This document shows positions 19,326 through 27,734 of a DNA stretch of 32,000 nucleotides, in pieces. The position numbers were made by a program, and so were the translations under genes. The number at the start of each line of letters is the position of its first letter. Positions within the stretch are counted from its first letter, which is position 1. The notes under the pieces are model-generated. The model was not told where the DNA came from. It ran no database searches and worked only from the letters and a program-made list of their open reading frames with translations. Source of the DNA: Methanocaldococcus jannaschii DSM 2661 (lineage in GTDB: Archaea > AGJL01 > Methanococci > Methanococcales > Methanocaldococcaceae); NCBI RefSeq assembly GCF_000091665.1, contig NC_000909.1, positions 212,871 through 244,870 of the forward strand. The letters run 5' to 3'.

Positions 19326-19441
19326 TCTTCCTTTCTTTTTCCATCTTCTTGAACTCCTCTTTATGGTATCACCCTCTTATCTTGTTTTTTAAATTTTTAC
19401 CTACAATAATATGAAACCATTACTTAAACTTTTTGGTTTTG

Positions 19442-19690
19442 TTATTTTAACCAGCTACCTTTTTCTACAACAACATAGCCCTCTTTATTTACCTTAGGGG
19501 CAATTTTTAGGAATTTCTCTCTGAATTCTGGATTACTTTCAACTGCTTCGTCCTCTCTTAAAACATTTCTGGTGTCTATAATATAGTAACTCTCTTCCAT
19601 CTCTAAGTTGAACTTCTCTAATACCTCGCTAAATTTATTAATAATCTCTTCAGCCTCTTTTTTTATTTTTTCAATGGTTTTTTCATCCAT
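19442..19690 (-). CDS. GatC-like small protein (Asp/Glu-tRNA amidotransferase subunit C family)
   Basis: 82 aa. The acidic helical N-terminus and the C-terminal REDE...FLKIAPKVNKEGYVVVEK resemble the GatC tail. The assignment is tentative. Confidence 0.45.
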   Translation of the reverse strand: MDEKTIEKIKKEAEEIINKFSEVLEKFNLEMEESYYIIDTRNVLREDEAVESNPEFREKFLKIAPKVNKEGYVVVEKGSWLK

Positions 19691-19708
19691 TAAACTTCAC
19701 CATAAAAG

Positions 19709-20578
19709 TTAAATTAAACCAAGATCTTTTAAAACATTTTCCAAAATCTTTTTATGCTCTTCACTCATCTCACATAATGGCAATCTTAACTCGCCAGCAG
19801 GTCTTCCCATCATATTTAAGGCAGTTTTAACAGGAATTGGGTTGGTTTCAATGAACATCGCCTTCATTAATGGGAACAATTTATAATGAATTTCCCTTGC
19901 TTTTTCGAAATCTCCTTCTAATGCGTAATTAACCATTTCAACAAACTCTTTTGGGACGATGTTGGCCACTACGCTAATAACCCCTTTTCCTCCTAAGGCG
20001 ATTATTGGGAGGGTTAGTTCATCATTCCCTGAAAGAACTGTTATCTTAGCATCATGTATTAGCTCAGAAACTTGGGAAAGATTTGGATTTGCCTCTTTAA
20101 CTGCTGAAATATTGCTGTATTCTTCAGCTAAAAGCTTTACTGTCTTTGGTTCTAAATTAACAGCTGTTCTTGATGGAACATTATATAAAACTATTGGAAG
20201 ATTTATAGATTCAGCAACCTTTCCAAAATGCTTTCTTAAACCTTCCTGTGTTGGTTTATTATAATAGGGAGTTATTGACAATACAGCATCTGCTCCCACA
20301 TCTTCAGCAAAAACAGAAAGCTCTATTGCCTCCTCTGTGCAGTTTGACCCAGCTCCTGCAATAACCTGAACTCGCCCATTAACAACATCTACCACTTTTT
20401 CAATAACTTTTTTATGCTCTTCGTGGGATAGAGTAGGGCTTTCTCCAGTAGTTCCAACAGCTACAATTCCGCTAACTCCATTTTCAATTAAAAAGTTTAT
20501 GTTCTCCTCTAATCCATCAAAATCAACTTCTTTATTTTTAAAAGGAGTAATGATGGCGGGATAGACCCCCTTAAACAT
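19709..20578 (-). CDS. dapA: 4-hydroxy-tetrahydrodipicolinate synthase
   Basis: 289 aa. GTTGES, YNVPSRT and the active-site Lys context SAVKEA are present. Confidence 0.93.
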   Translation of the reverse strand: MFKGVYPAIITPFKNKEVDFDGLEENINFLIENGVSGIVAVGTTGESPTLSHEEHKKVIEKVVDVVNGRVQVIAGAGSNCTEEAIELSVFAEDVGADAVLSITPYYNKPTQEGLRKHFGKVAESINLPIVLYNVPSRTAVNLEPKTVKLLAEEYSNISAVKEANPNLSQVSELIHDAKITVLSGNDELTLPIIALGGKGVISVVANIVPKEFVEMVNYALEGDFEKAREIHYKLFPLMKAMFIETNPIPVKTALNMMGRPAGELRLPLCEMSEEHKKILENVLKDLGLI

Positions 20579-20588
20579 AGCTTCACCT

Positions 20589-20780
20589 TTATTGGAGCTG
20601 TCTCATTTTGTGAGTTATATATCCTGCAATTCTATTTCTTAATCTTTTTGTTGAGATTTGAGCAACTTCCTCTAAAACTCTTTTATTTGTTTCAAAGTCA
20701 GTTGTAAATAAATCTCTATACTTTTTAATTAATTCCATAGCTGTTCTTTTAATTAATGTCTGCCTAATCCTTCCCATCAT
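20589..20780 (-). CDS. rps17e: 30S ribosomal protein S17e
   Basis: The ORF track gives MMGRIRQTLIKRTAMELIKKY..., the S17e N-terminal signature. The second ATG may be the true start, since GGTGAG abuts the first. Confidence 0.88.
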   Translation of the reverse strand: MMGRIRQTLIKRTAMELIKKYRDLFTTDFETNKRVLEEVAQISTKRLRNRIAGYITHKMRQLQ

Positions 20781-20824
20781 CTCACCTTCTTATCCTTTTT
20801 TATTATTTTTCTATTAATTTTTAA

Positions 20825-21124
20825 TTATTTTTTGTTTTTATTTTGTGTTTCCTCAAGATATTGCTTTTGGAGAGCTTTATTATGCTCTATAAGTATTTGA
20901 AATATTTTAATGCCAATATTTTCATCAACGTTATGTTCTTTACAAAGTTTTCTTATTCTATCGTATATATATTTTTCTCTTTCTGGGTCGTTAATAGGAA
21001 TACCAAGCTGATTTTTTATCTCAGCTACATCCTTAGCTAAACTATTTCTTTCAGCAATTAGCTTTAATATCTTATTGTCAATCTCATCAATCTTCTTCCT
21101 AATTTCAGCAAGTTTCTCTATCAT
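20825..21124 (-). CDS. aroQ: Monofunctional AroQ-class chorismate mutase
   Basis: 99 aa, all-helical. LAEIRKKIDEIDNKILKLIAERNSLAKDVAEIK is the AroQ signature. Confidence 0.9.
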   Translation of the reverse strand: MIEKLAEIRKKIDEIDNKILKLIAERNSLAKDVAEIKNQLGIPINDPEREKYIYDRIRKLCKEHNVDENIGIKIFQILIEHNKALQKQYLEETQNKNKK

Positions 21125-21312
21125 TGTAACCCCAGAATGTTATTATAAAAACTTAAATAAAATATATAAAGTTATCCGCCATATTATTTGTATTGTTTAT
21201 GTATAAAAACAAAAGATGGACAATACCTAAAAATATAGAAGAAGTATAAAAATGTTTTTATAATCCTAATGGATAAATTACTATTTACTTTTTTATTATA
21301 AATATAATCTGC

Positions 21313-21328
21313 TGTCAAAAGTTTGACA
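21313..21328. promoter_or_regulatory. Palindrome TGTCAAA-AG-TTTGACA next to a TATA-like box upstream of the PCNA operon
   Basis: A 7-bp inverted repeat with a 2-nt spacer sits about 10 nt upstream of ATTTATAAAA. It lies in the 300-bp divergent intergenic region between aroQ and pcn. Confidence 0.3.
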
Positions 21329-21425
21329 TAAAAAGGTATTTATAAAACCTCAAATAGGTTTTATATTTATTCCCTCAGAAAAGTATATTTATTTTGGCAA
21401 CTACCTAAAATATTGGTGATATATT

Positions 21426-22169
21426 ATGTTCAGAGGAGTTATGGAGAGTGCAAAAGAGTTTAAAAAAGTTGTTGATACAATCTCAACACTTTTAGATGAG
21501 ATATGTTTTGAAGTTGATGAGGAAGGGATAAAAGCGAGTGCAATGGACCCAAGCCATGTTGCTTTAGTTAGTTTGGAAATCCCAAGATTGGCTTTTGAAG
21601 AATATGAAGCAGATTCTCATGATATTGGTATAGATTTAGAGGCATTTAAAAAAGTAATGAATAGAGCTAAAGCTAAAGATAGGCTAATTTTAGAGTTAGA
21701 CGAAGAAAAGAATAAATTAAATGTTATATTTGAAAACACTGGAAAGAGAAAGTTCAGCTTAGCTTTGTTAGATATATCTGCCTCATCAGTTAAAGTTCCT
21801 GAAATAGAATATCCAAACGTAATCATGATTAAAGGAGATGCGTTTAAAGAGGCTTTAAAGGATGCTGATTTATTCAGTGATTATGTAATTTTAAAAGCTG
21901 ATGAGGATAAGTTTGTTATTCATGCTAAGGGAGATTTAAACGAGAATGAAGCAATATTTGAAAAGGATAGCTCAGCTATAATTAGCTTAGAGGTTAAAGA
22001 AGAGGCAAAAAGTGCTTTCAATTTAGATTATTTAATGGACATGGTTAAGGGTGTTAGCTCAGGAGACATTATTAAGATTTACTTAGGTAATGACATGCCT
22101 CTAAAATTAGAATATTCAATTGCAGGGGTAAATTTAACCTTCCTATTGGCTCCAAGAATTGAAGGATAA
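21426..22169 (+). CDS. pcn: DNA polymerase sliding clamp PCNA
   Basis: 247 aa with the typical archaeal PCNA sequence ([17 protein letters not shown]...LAPRIEG). GGTGA lies upstream of the ATG. Confidence 0.95.
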
Positions 22170-22268
22170 AAACCATTCTGCAGCATTTACTATATTTTGA
22201 GGGTTTTCATAATTATTATTTATTTCAGATGTTTTTCAAAAGACCACAAACCATATTTTGTGATAACC

Positions 22269-22781
22269 ATGTATGAATCTCTAAAAAATTATTTTTTTGA
22301 AGAAATAAAAAATGATAAATTGTTAAAATTGCCTGATGACTTTTATGATGACATTAGGGAATATATAAAAAATATTAAAGATGATATTGAACTTGAAAGG
22401 GTAAAATATTATTTCAAAGAGCTTAGAAAGTTGAGAATATACAAAGCTCTGTATTTGGATAATGAGAGAGAAAACTTACTTCCAGAAGAGTTAAATATTA
22501 TACATGCCATTGAAAATATTGTTGTTGAATTGAAAATTGAGGAAACTCCTGAATTTAAAAAACCTACTGAGATTGATACACCAAAACCTATATATACAAT
22601 AAACGATATTGATGTTGTAAAGGTTGATAAAAACTTTCCACCATTCACAGATGGTACTTTTATATATGACCTAAACAAAAATGATGTTCTCTCTTTAGAC
22701 AGAAAGATATCTCATATTTTAGAAAAACACAGAATTATCTCAAGGATAGGTGAAAGTTATGAAAATCCCGAAGAAAGTTAG
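22269..22781 (+). CDS. gins51: GINS complex subunit (Gins51 / GINS15 family)
   Basis: From ATG 22269: [33 protein letters not shown]...[10 protein letters not shown] is the A-domain pattern. The C-terminal B-domain is [41 protein letters not shown]. The track start at 22197 is an unlikely extension. Confidence 0.7.
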   Translation: MYESLKNYFFEEIKNDKLLKLPDDFYDDIREYIKNIKDDIELERVKYYFKELRKLRIYKALYLDNERENLLPEELNIIHAIENIVVELKIEETPEFKKPTEIDTPKPIYTINDIDVVKVDKNFPPFTDGTFIYDLNKNDVLSLDRKISHILEKHRIISRIGESYENPEES

Positions 22782-23043
22782 AAGATACTGCCCATACTGT
22801 AAAAAACACACTATCCACATTGTAGAGAAGGCAAAAAAAGGAAAACCAAGTGAATTGACTTGGGGTCAGAGGCAGTTCAGAAGAGTTACTGCTGGTTATG
22901 GAGGTTTCCCAAGACCATTACCAGACAGGTCAAAACCAGTTAAAAAGATTGACTTAAGATTTAAATGTACTGAATGTGGAAAGATGCACACAAAGGCAAA
23001 TGGATGCTTCAGGTCAGGAAGATTTGAGTTCGTTGAGAAATAA
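22759..23043 (+). CDS. rpl44e: 50S ribosomal protein L44e (zinc ribbon)
   Basis: [18 protein letters not shown]...CTECGK. ATG 22759 follows GGTGA and lies 23 nt inside the 3' end of the GINS gene. Confidence 0.93.
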   Translation: MKIPKKVRRYCPYCKKHTIHIVEKAKKGKPSELTWGQRQFRRVTAGYGGFPRPLPDRSKPVKKIDLRFKCTECGKMHTKANGCFRSGRFEFVEK

Positions 23044-23110
23044 ATTTTAAAAACCTTAATAAATTTATAAAACTCTTTTAAACACTTTAAACAAAATTGT
23101 AGAGAGGGAG

Positions 23111-23299
23111 ATGATGGAGTTAATCCCACAGCCAAGGACAAAGTTCTTAAGAGTCCAATGTCCAGAATGCAATAACGAGCAGATTGTATTTGGAAGTCCA
23201 GCTACCGTTGTTAAGTGTTTAACATGTGGGAAGGTTTTAGTTGAGCCAAGAGGAGGAAAAGGAAAAGTTAAAGCCAAGATATTGGAGATTTTAGGATAA
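23111..23299 (+). CDS. rps27e: 30S ribosomal protein S27e (zinc ribbon)
   Basis: 62 aa. [32 protein letters not shown] is the S27e CxxC...CxxC motif. Confidence 0.93.
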   Translation: MMELIPQPRTKFLRVQCPECNNEQIVFGSPATVVKCLTCGKVLVEPRGGKGKVKAKILEILG

Positions 23300-23693
23300 A
23301 TCTTCCATCCATTTTTTAATAATTTGTTTATCACGTTGGAAAAGTTTTATATTTGATAATAATTAATTTGAAATTTTTATTTGGTTATTTAATATAATTT
23401 TATCTTATTTCTAAGGGTTTGCTGGTTTGATTATTTGGAATATTTAAGTTTATTGAATTATTTAGATTTTTAAAAATTAGGATTAATTAGAAGAATAAAT
23501 AAAATTTCTCTAACAAATAAGTTAAATTTTTGAATTTAAAAAGATAAAAATGCTTTGTTTTAGTAAAGGGAGAAAGATTTAAATACTAAAAGGTTTATAT
23601 TATGAGATAGTTACCCAACCTTAGAAAAATAAGGTATAGGAAAGCTTAAATATTAGAAAAGTAAAAGTATGTTATGTTGTTGATGATTGTCCT
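23300..23693 (+). promoter_or_regulatory. CRISPR leader (AT-rich, about 390 bp)
   Basis: Non-coding AT-rich tract directly upstream of the intact-repeat end of the array. It contains TATA-like boxes (for example TTTATATTAT near 23594 and TTAAATAT near 23646). The degenerate repeats are at the opposite end of the array. Confidence 0.6.
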
Positions 23694-25314
23694 ATTAAAA
23701 TCAGACCGTTTCGGAATGGAAATGATATTATTAAACAACATAATCAGTGTAATTGTATAGATATGATTAAAATCAGACCGTTTCGGAATGGAAATATTTG
23801 ATGATTTGGTGGATTATACAAATAGAAATTAATTAAAATCAGACCGTTTCGGAATGGAAATTACTGTTAAATATTCAGATTTATTAATCAGTTATTTCCT
23901 ATTAAAATCAGACCGTTTCGGAATGGAAATGATTTTCTTATGTTTAAAATCCTTATGAACGCTCGGATATTAAAATCAGACCGTTTCGGAATGGAAATTC
24001 TTTATCTCTCTTTACAGTATCGTATCTTAATTTTATTAAAATCAGACCGTTTCGGAATGGAAATTTTTCAACAAGCATTTCTAACAAGTTTGGAGGTAAT
24101 ACTGCAACAATTTCAGTTAAAATCAGACCGTTTCGGAATGGAAACGTGATTGTAGAATTCTCATCTTCTTCTTGGGAGAGCCGATTAAAATCAGACCGTT
24201 TCGGAATGGAAATGATTGGATGAGGGATATATCCAAAACTCAAAAGGATTGATTAAAATCAGACCGTTTCGGAATGGAAATCTGTTAGGGAACCCTAAAA
24301 AGGTTCCCTTGAGGGTTCATTAAAATCAGACCGTTTCGGAATGGAAATCTGTTAGGGAACCCTAAAAAGGTTCCCTTGAGGGTTCATTAAAATCAGACCG
24401 TTTCGGAATGGAAATCTGTTAGGGAACCCTAAAAAGGTTCCCTTGAGGGTTCATTAAAATCAGACCGTTTCGGAATGGAAATCTGTTAGGGAACCCTAAA
24501 AAGGTTCCCTTGAGGGTTCATTAAAATCAGACCGTTTCGGAATGGAAATCTGTTAGGGAACCCTAAAAAGGTTCCCTTGAGGGTTCATTAAAATCAGACC
24601 GTTTCGGAATGGAAATCTGTTAGGGAACCCTAAAAAGGTTCCCTTGAGGGTTCATTAAAATCAGACCGTTTCGGAATGGAAATCTGTTAGGGAACCCTAA
24701 AAAGGTTCCCTTGAGGGTTCATTAAAATCAGACCGTTTCGGAATGGAAATTCATTTGCATCATTTGTGCTGGGTCTGGCTGACTCTGTGTGTCATTAAAA
24801 TCAGACTGTTTCGGAATGGAAATTTCTTGGAATTGCTAAGTGGTTTATGCATAGTTGCATTAAAATCAGACCGTTTCGGAATGGAAATATGAGATTCATT
24901 CTTTGATCGAGGGCGATAGAGGTTCATTAAAATCAGACCGTTTCGGAATGGAAATGAATTTTCGCACACGCGCTACATCTAATAAACAGATTTGATTAAA
25001 ATCAGACCGTTTCGGAATGGAAATGATGAAAAGAAAGCAATTGAAACAGCTATTATAACTTAATTAAAATCAGACCGTTTCGGAATGGAAATATACCATT
25101 AACAATTTCATATATTCTGTTTTTGTATTCAATCTTTTTATTAAAATCAGACCGTTTCGGAATGGAAACGCATAGATTATTTTTAAGCTGTTTTTTGGAT
25201 TTTCTAATTTTAAATTATTAAAATCAGACCGTTTCGGAATGGGAACAATGTTCTAAATTCTCCTTGTAATTCTCCTAATGTTGTATTAAAATCAGACCGT
25301 TTCGGAATAGAAAT
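23694..25314 (+). CRISPR. CRISPR array: 24 repeats of 30 nt and 23 spacers (35-51 nt)
   Basis: Consensus repeat ATTAAAATCAGACCGTTTCGGAATGGAAAT. Repeat starts: 23694, 23766, 23832, 23901, 23969, 24035, 24116, 24184, 24252, 24319, 24386, 24453, 24520, 24587, 24654, 24721, 24794, 24859, 24926, 24995, 25063, 25140, 25217, 25285. Variant repeats start at 24116, 24794, 25140, 25217 and 25285. Degeneracy at the right end, together with the ATGGAAAT 3' handle, indicates plus-strand transcription. Confidence 0.98.
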
Positions 25315-25411
25315 CCTCCTCCCTCACCAGATTTTTCTAATCTTAAAAATTATCTATTATCAAAAATAAAAGTTTAAAAATAGCAAAGTTCTCTTTTTAA
25401 GATTTCCATCT

Positions 25412-25855
25412 TCAATTCCTACGAGGTATTTTTTCATCTGGGAATATTATAGCGTTGTTTTCACAGCACATTATAGAGCAAGCATTACAATTTACTATGC
25501 AACTATATGGATATTTAACTACAACCTTTCCGTTTTCTGCATCATAAACTCCTCTTGGACAAAAAGAGATACATTTTTCACAATTTTTGCATCTATTATA
25601 ATCAATTTTGGGATACCAAGAGATATCTTTTCTTTTTTTACCATATTCTTCATAAAACATCTCTTTTATTGCATCATAATACTGTCTATATAGCTTAATA
25701 TTTGGCTCTCTAACAATTTTTGTAACTTTTTCATAAGCTTCGTAAATATCACTATCTACATTTAACTCCTGCATTAACTTTTTAATTTCTAAATTTAAGA
25801 TAAGAAACTCTCTTATTTTCTTTAAAAGCTCTATTTTCTTTTCTAAATTTTCCAT
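25412..25855 (-). CDS. Ferredoxin-domain protein (helical N-terminal domain plus 2x[4Fe-4S] C-terminal domain)
   Basis: 147 aa. The cysteine motifs are CKNCEKCISFCP and CIVNCNACSIMC. Confidence 0.75.
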   Translation of the reverse strand: MENLEKKIELLKKIREFLILNLEIKKLMQELNVDSDIYEAYEKVTKIVREPNIKLYRQYYDAIKEMFYEEYGKKRKDISWYPKIDYNRCKNCEKCISFCPRGVYDAENGKVVVKYPYSCIVNCNACSIMCCENNAIIFPDEKIPRRN

Positions 25856-25975
25856 ACTCTCACCAATAAATTCACAATATATAAAATATTCTTAATATTA
25901 ATTACAGTTAATTTGACATCAACTTTTTTATATAAATTTTATCCAAACTATAACGCAAAAAATTGCGGGGATAGG

Positions 25976-26617
25976 ATGCCAAAGTTAATGTTAGCTCTTG
26001 ACGTTTTGGATAGAGATAGAGCTTTAAAAATAGTAGAAGATGTTAAAGATTACGTTGATGCTATAAAAGTTGGATATCCTTTAGTTTTATCTACTGGGAC
26101 AGAAATTATAAAAGAAATAAAAAAACTTTGTAATAAAGAGGTTATAGCTGATTTTAAGGTTGCAGACATCCCAGCAACAAATGAGAAGATAGCAAAAATA
26201 ACATTAAAATATGCTGATGGAATAATAGTTCATGGTTTTGTTGGAGAGGATTCAGTTAAAGCAGTGCAAGATGTTGCTAAAAAGCTAAACAAAAAGGTAA
26301 TAATGGTTACTGAAATGAGCCATCCAGGGGCTGTTCAATTTCTACAGCCAATAGCAGATAAATTGTCAGAGATGGCTAAAAAACTAAAAGTTGATGCTAT
26401 AGTTGCTCCATCAACAAGGCCTGAAAGGCTTAAAGAAATTAAAGAAATTGCAGAATTGCCAGTAATAACACCAGGAGTCGGAGCTCAGGGAGGGAAGATT
26501 GAGGATATTTTAAATATTTTAGATGAGAATGATTACGTCATTGTTGGAAGGGCAATCTATCAATCACAAAATCCTAAAGAAGAGGCTAAAAAATATAAAG
26601 AAATGCTAAATAAGTGA
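25976..26617 (+). CDS. pyrF: Orotidine 5'-phosphate decarboxylase
   Basis: From ATG 25976: MPKLMLALDV...DAIKVG...ADFKVADIP...VGRAIY. The track start at TTG 25913 spans the TATA region. Confidence 0.93.
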   Translation: MPKLMLALDVLDRDRALKIVEDVKDYVDAIKVGYPLVLSTGTEIIKEIKKLCNKEVIADFKVADIPATNEKIAKITLKYADGIIVHGFVGEDSVKAVQDVAKKLNKKVIMVTEMSHPGAVQFLQPIADKLSEMAKKLKVDAIVAPSTRPERLKEIKEIAELPVITPGVGAQGGKIEDILNILDENDYVIVGRAIYQSQNPKEEAKKYKEMLNK

Positions 26618-26621
26618 TAAA

Positions 26622-27086
26622 ATGAAAAAGAAGGATATATTAATTGTTGGTTGTGGAAATCTGTTGTTTGGAGATGATGGCTTTGGATGTGAGGTTGTTA
26701 GCAAATTAGAAAAAATGAACTTGCCAGATAACGTTGAAGTTATAGATGCTGGGGCAAGTGGAGCATACTATTTAATGACGTTGGTTGATGAAGATATAAA
26801 AAAGATTATTGTTGTTGATGCCATTGATTTTGATTTAGAACCTGGAACAATAAAAAAGATAGATGTTGATGAATTACCGAATATTAAAAAATATTCTTTC
26901 GATGCCCATAACGTTCCATTAGCCCCATTTCTCAAAGATTTACATAATAAAGGCATAGAAGTCGTGGTTATTGGTTGTCAAGGTAAAGAATTTACAATGC
27001 CAGACATAAAACCAGGGTTGTCTGAAGAGGTTGCCAAGGCAGTTGATAAAGCAATAGAAATAATTCTGGGAGAAATTAAGAAATAA
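26622..27086 (+). CDS. Hydrogenase maturation endopeptidase (HycI/FrhD family)
   Basis: 154 aa. ILIVGCGNLLFGDDGFG, VIDAG, VVDAI and DAH are the metal-ligand motifs. Confidence 0.85.
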   Translation: MKKKDILIVGCGNLLFGDDGFGCEVVSKLEKMNLPDNVEVIDAGASGAYYLMTLVDEDIKKIIVVDAIDFDLEPGTIKKIDVDELPNIKKYSFDAHNVPLAPFLKDLHNKGIEVVVIGCQGKEFTMPDIKPGLSEEVAKAVDKAIEIILGEIKK

Positions 27087-27095
27087 GGGATTTAC

Positions 27096-27734
27096 ATGCT
27101 AAAAGAGATTTTATTGGGAAATGCTGAAAAAGGGATAATAACTCAAATTTATGGGCCTCCAGGCGTAGGGAAGACAAATATATGTATTATCAACTCTATA
27201 AACGCTGTTAATTCTGGGAAGGTAATTTATATAGACACTGAAGGGGGTTTATCAATAGAGAGGATTAAACAAATAGCCTCAAATAATTACAAAATAGTTT
27301 TAGAAAATATGATTATATACAATGCCTTTGATTTCTATGAGCAGGATAAAATTATACAAAAAGAGCTTCCATTAATAACCAATAATGCAAGTTTGATAGT
27401 GGTTGATAACATAACATCTTTATATAGATTAGAGTTGAGTGATGAAGCTAATAAAAACATCATGCTCAATAAAATGCTCGGCAACCAAGTAAAAACTTTA
27501 TTAAAATTAGCTAAAACAAATAACTTAGCTGTTATAATAACAAATCAAGTAAGAGAGACTGTTAATGGCTTTGAGGCTTCTGGAGGGAGGTTGTTAGAGT
27601 ATTGGAGTAAATGTATTGTTAGGTTGGAAAAGCTCAACGGAGATAGATTGGCTATATTGGAGAAACATCTACATGCTGGAGAGGAAAGAGTTAAATTTAG
27701 AATAGTTGAGAGAGGGATTGAAATTATTGATTAA
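27096..27734 (+). CDS. radB: DNA repair and recombination protein RadB
   Basis: 212 aa. Short RecA-core protein with Walker A (GPPGVGKTN) and Walker B (LIVVDNI) and no N-terminal HhH domain. Confidence 0.88.
   Translation: MLKEILLGNAEKGIITQIYGPPGVGKTNICIINSINAVNSGKVIYIDTEGGLSIERIKQIASNNYKIVLENMIIYNAFDFYEQDKIIQKELPLITNNASLIVVDNITSLYRLELSDEANKNIMLNKMLGNQVKTLLKLAKTNNLAVIITNQVRETVNGFEASGGRLLEYWSKCIVRLEKLNGDRLAILEKHLHAGEERVKFRIVERGIEIID

Noticed and set aside
19270-19350. An acidic 26-aa [29 protein letters not shown], on the minus strand, with a GAGGAG 9 nt upstream of its ATG.
   Set aside because: It overlaps the L41e-like frame, which has a far more specific family resemblance. It is kept only as an alternative mentioned in the L41e finding.
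20757-20781. When I hand-translated rps17e, my reading of the printed bases across the 20760/20761 line break (gtc ctg) seemed to put the first seven codons (MMGRIRQ) out of frame with the rest.
   Set aside because: The supplied ORF track translates a continuous 63-aa S17e at 20589-20780, and the coordinates on both sides check out. I treat this as my own reading or counting error rather than a frameshift.
24282-24318. A loose resemblance between the amplified spacer (GGGAACCC-TAAAAAGG-TTCCCT-TGAG) and the core of the comE/taw1 elements (GGGGTATCCC-AATAGGGGG-TTTCCCCCT-ATGGAG).
   Set aside because: By eye it shows only about 60% identity with several gaps. That is far below what crRNA targeting would need and within what two GC-rich palindromes can show by chance. 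It is worth a formal alignment but is not a claim.
23940-24969. ORFs 23940-24149 (+), 23953-24243 (-) and 24760-24969 (-), with recurring KSDRFGME / FPFRNGLIL peptides.
   Set aside because: They are translations of the CRISPR repeat itself, read through successive spacers. The periodic peptide is an artefact, not a repeat protein.
3521-25975. N-terminal extensions in the ORF track at 3521, 5303, 13504, 22197, 22750 and 25913.
   Set aside because: The extensions begin at TTG, GTG or an upstream ATG and run through TATA-like or GGTGA Shine-Dalgarno sequences. Internal ATGs with properly spaced GGTGA give proteins of the expected family length.
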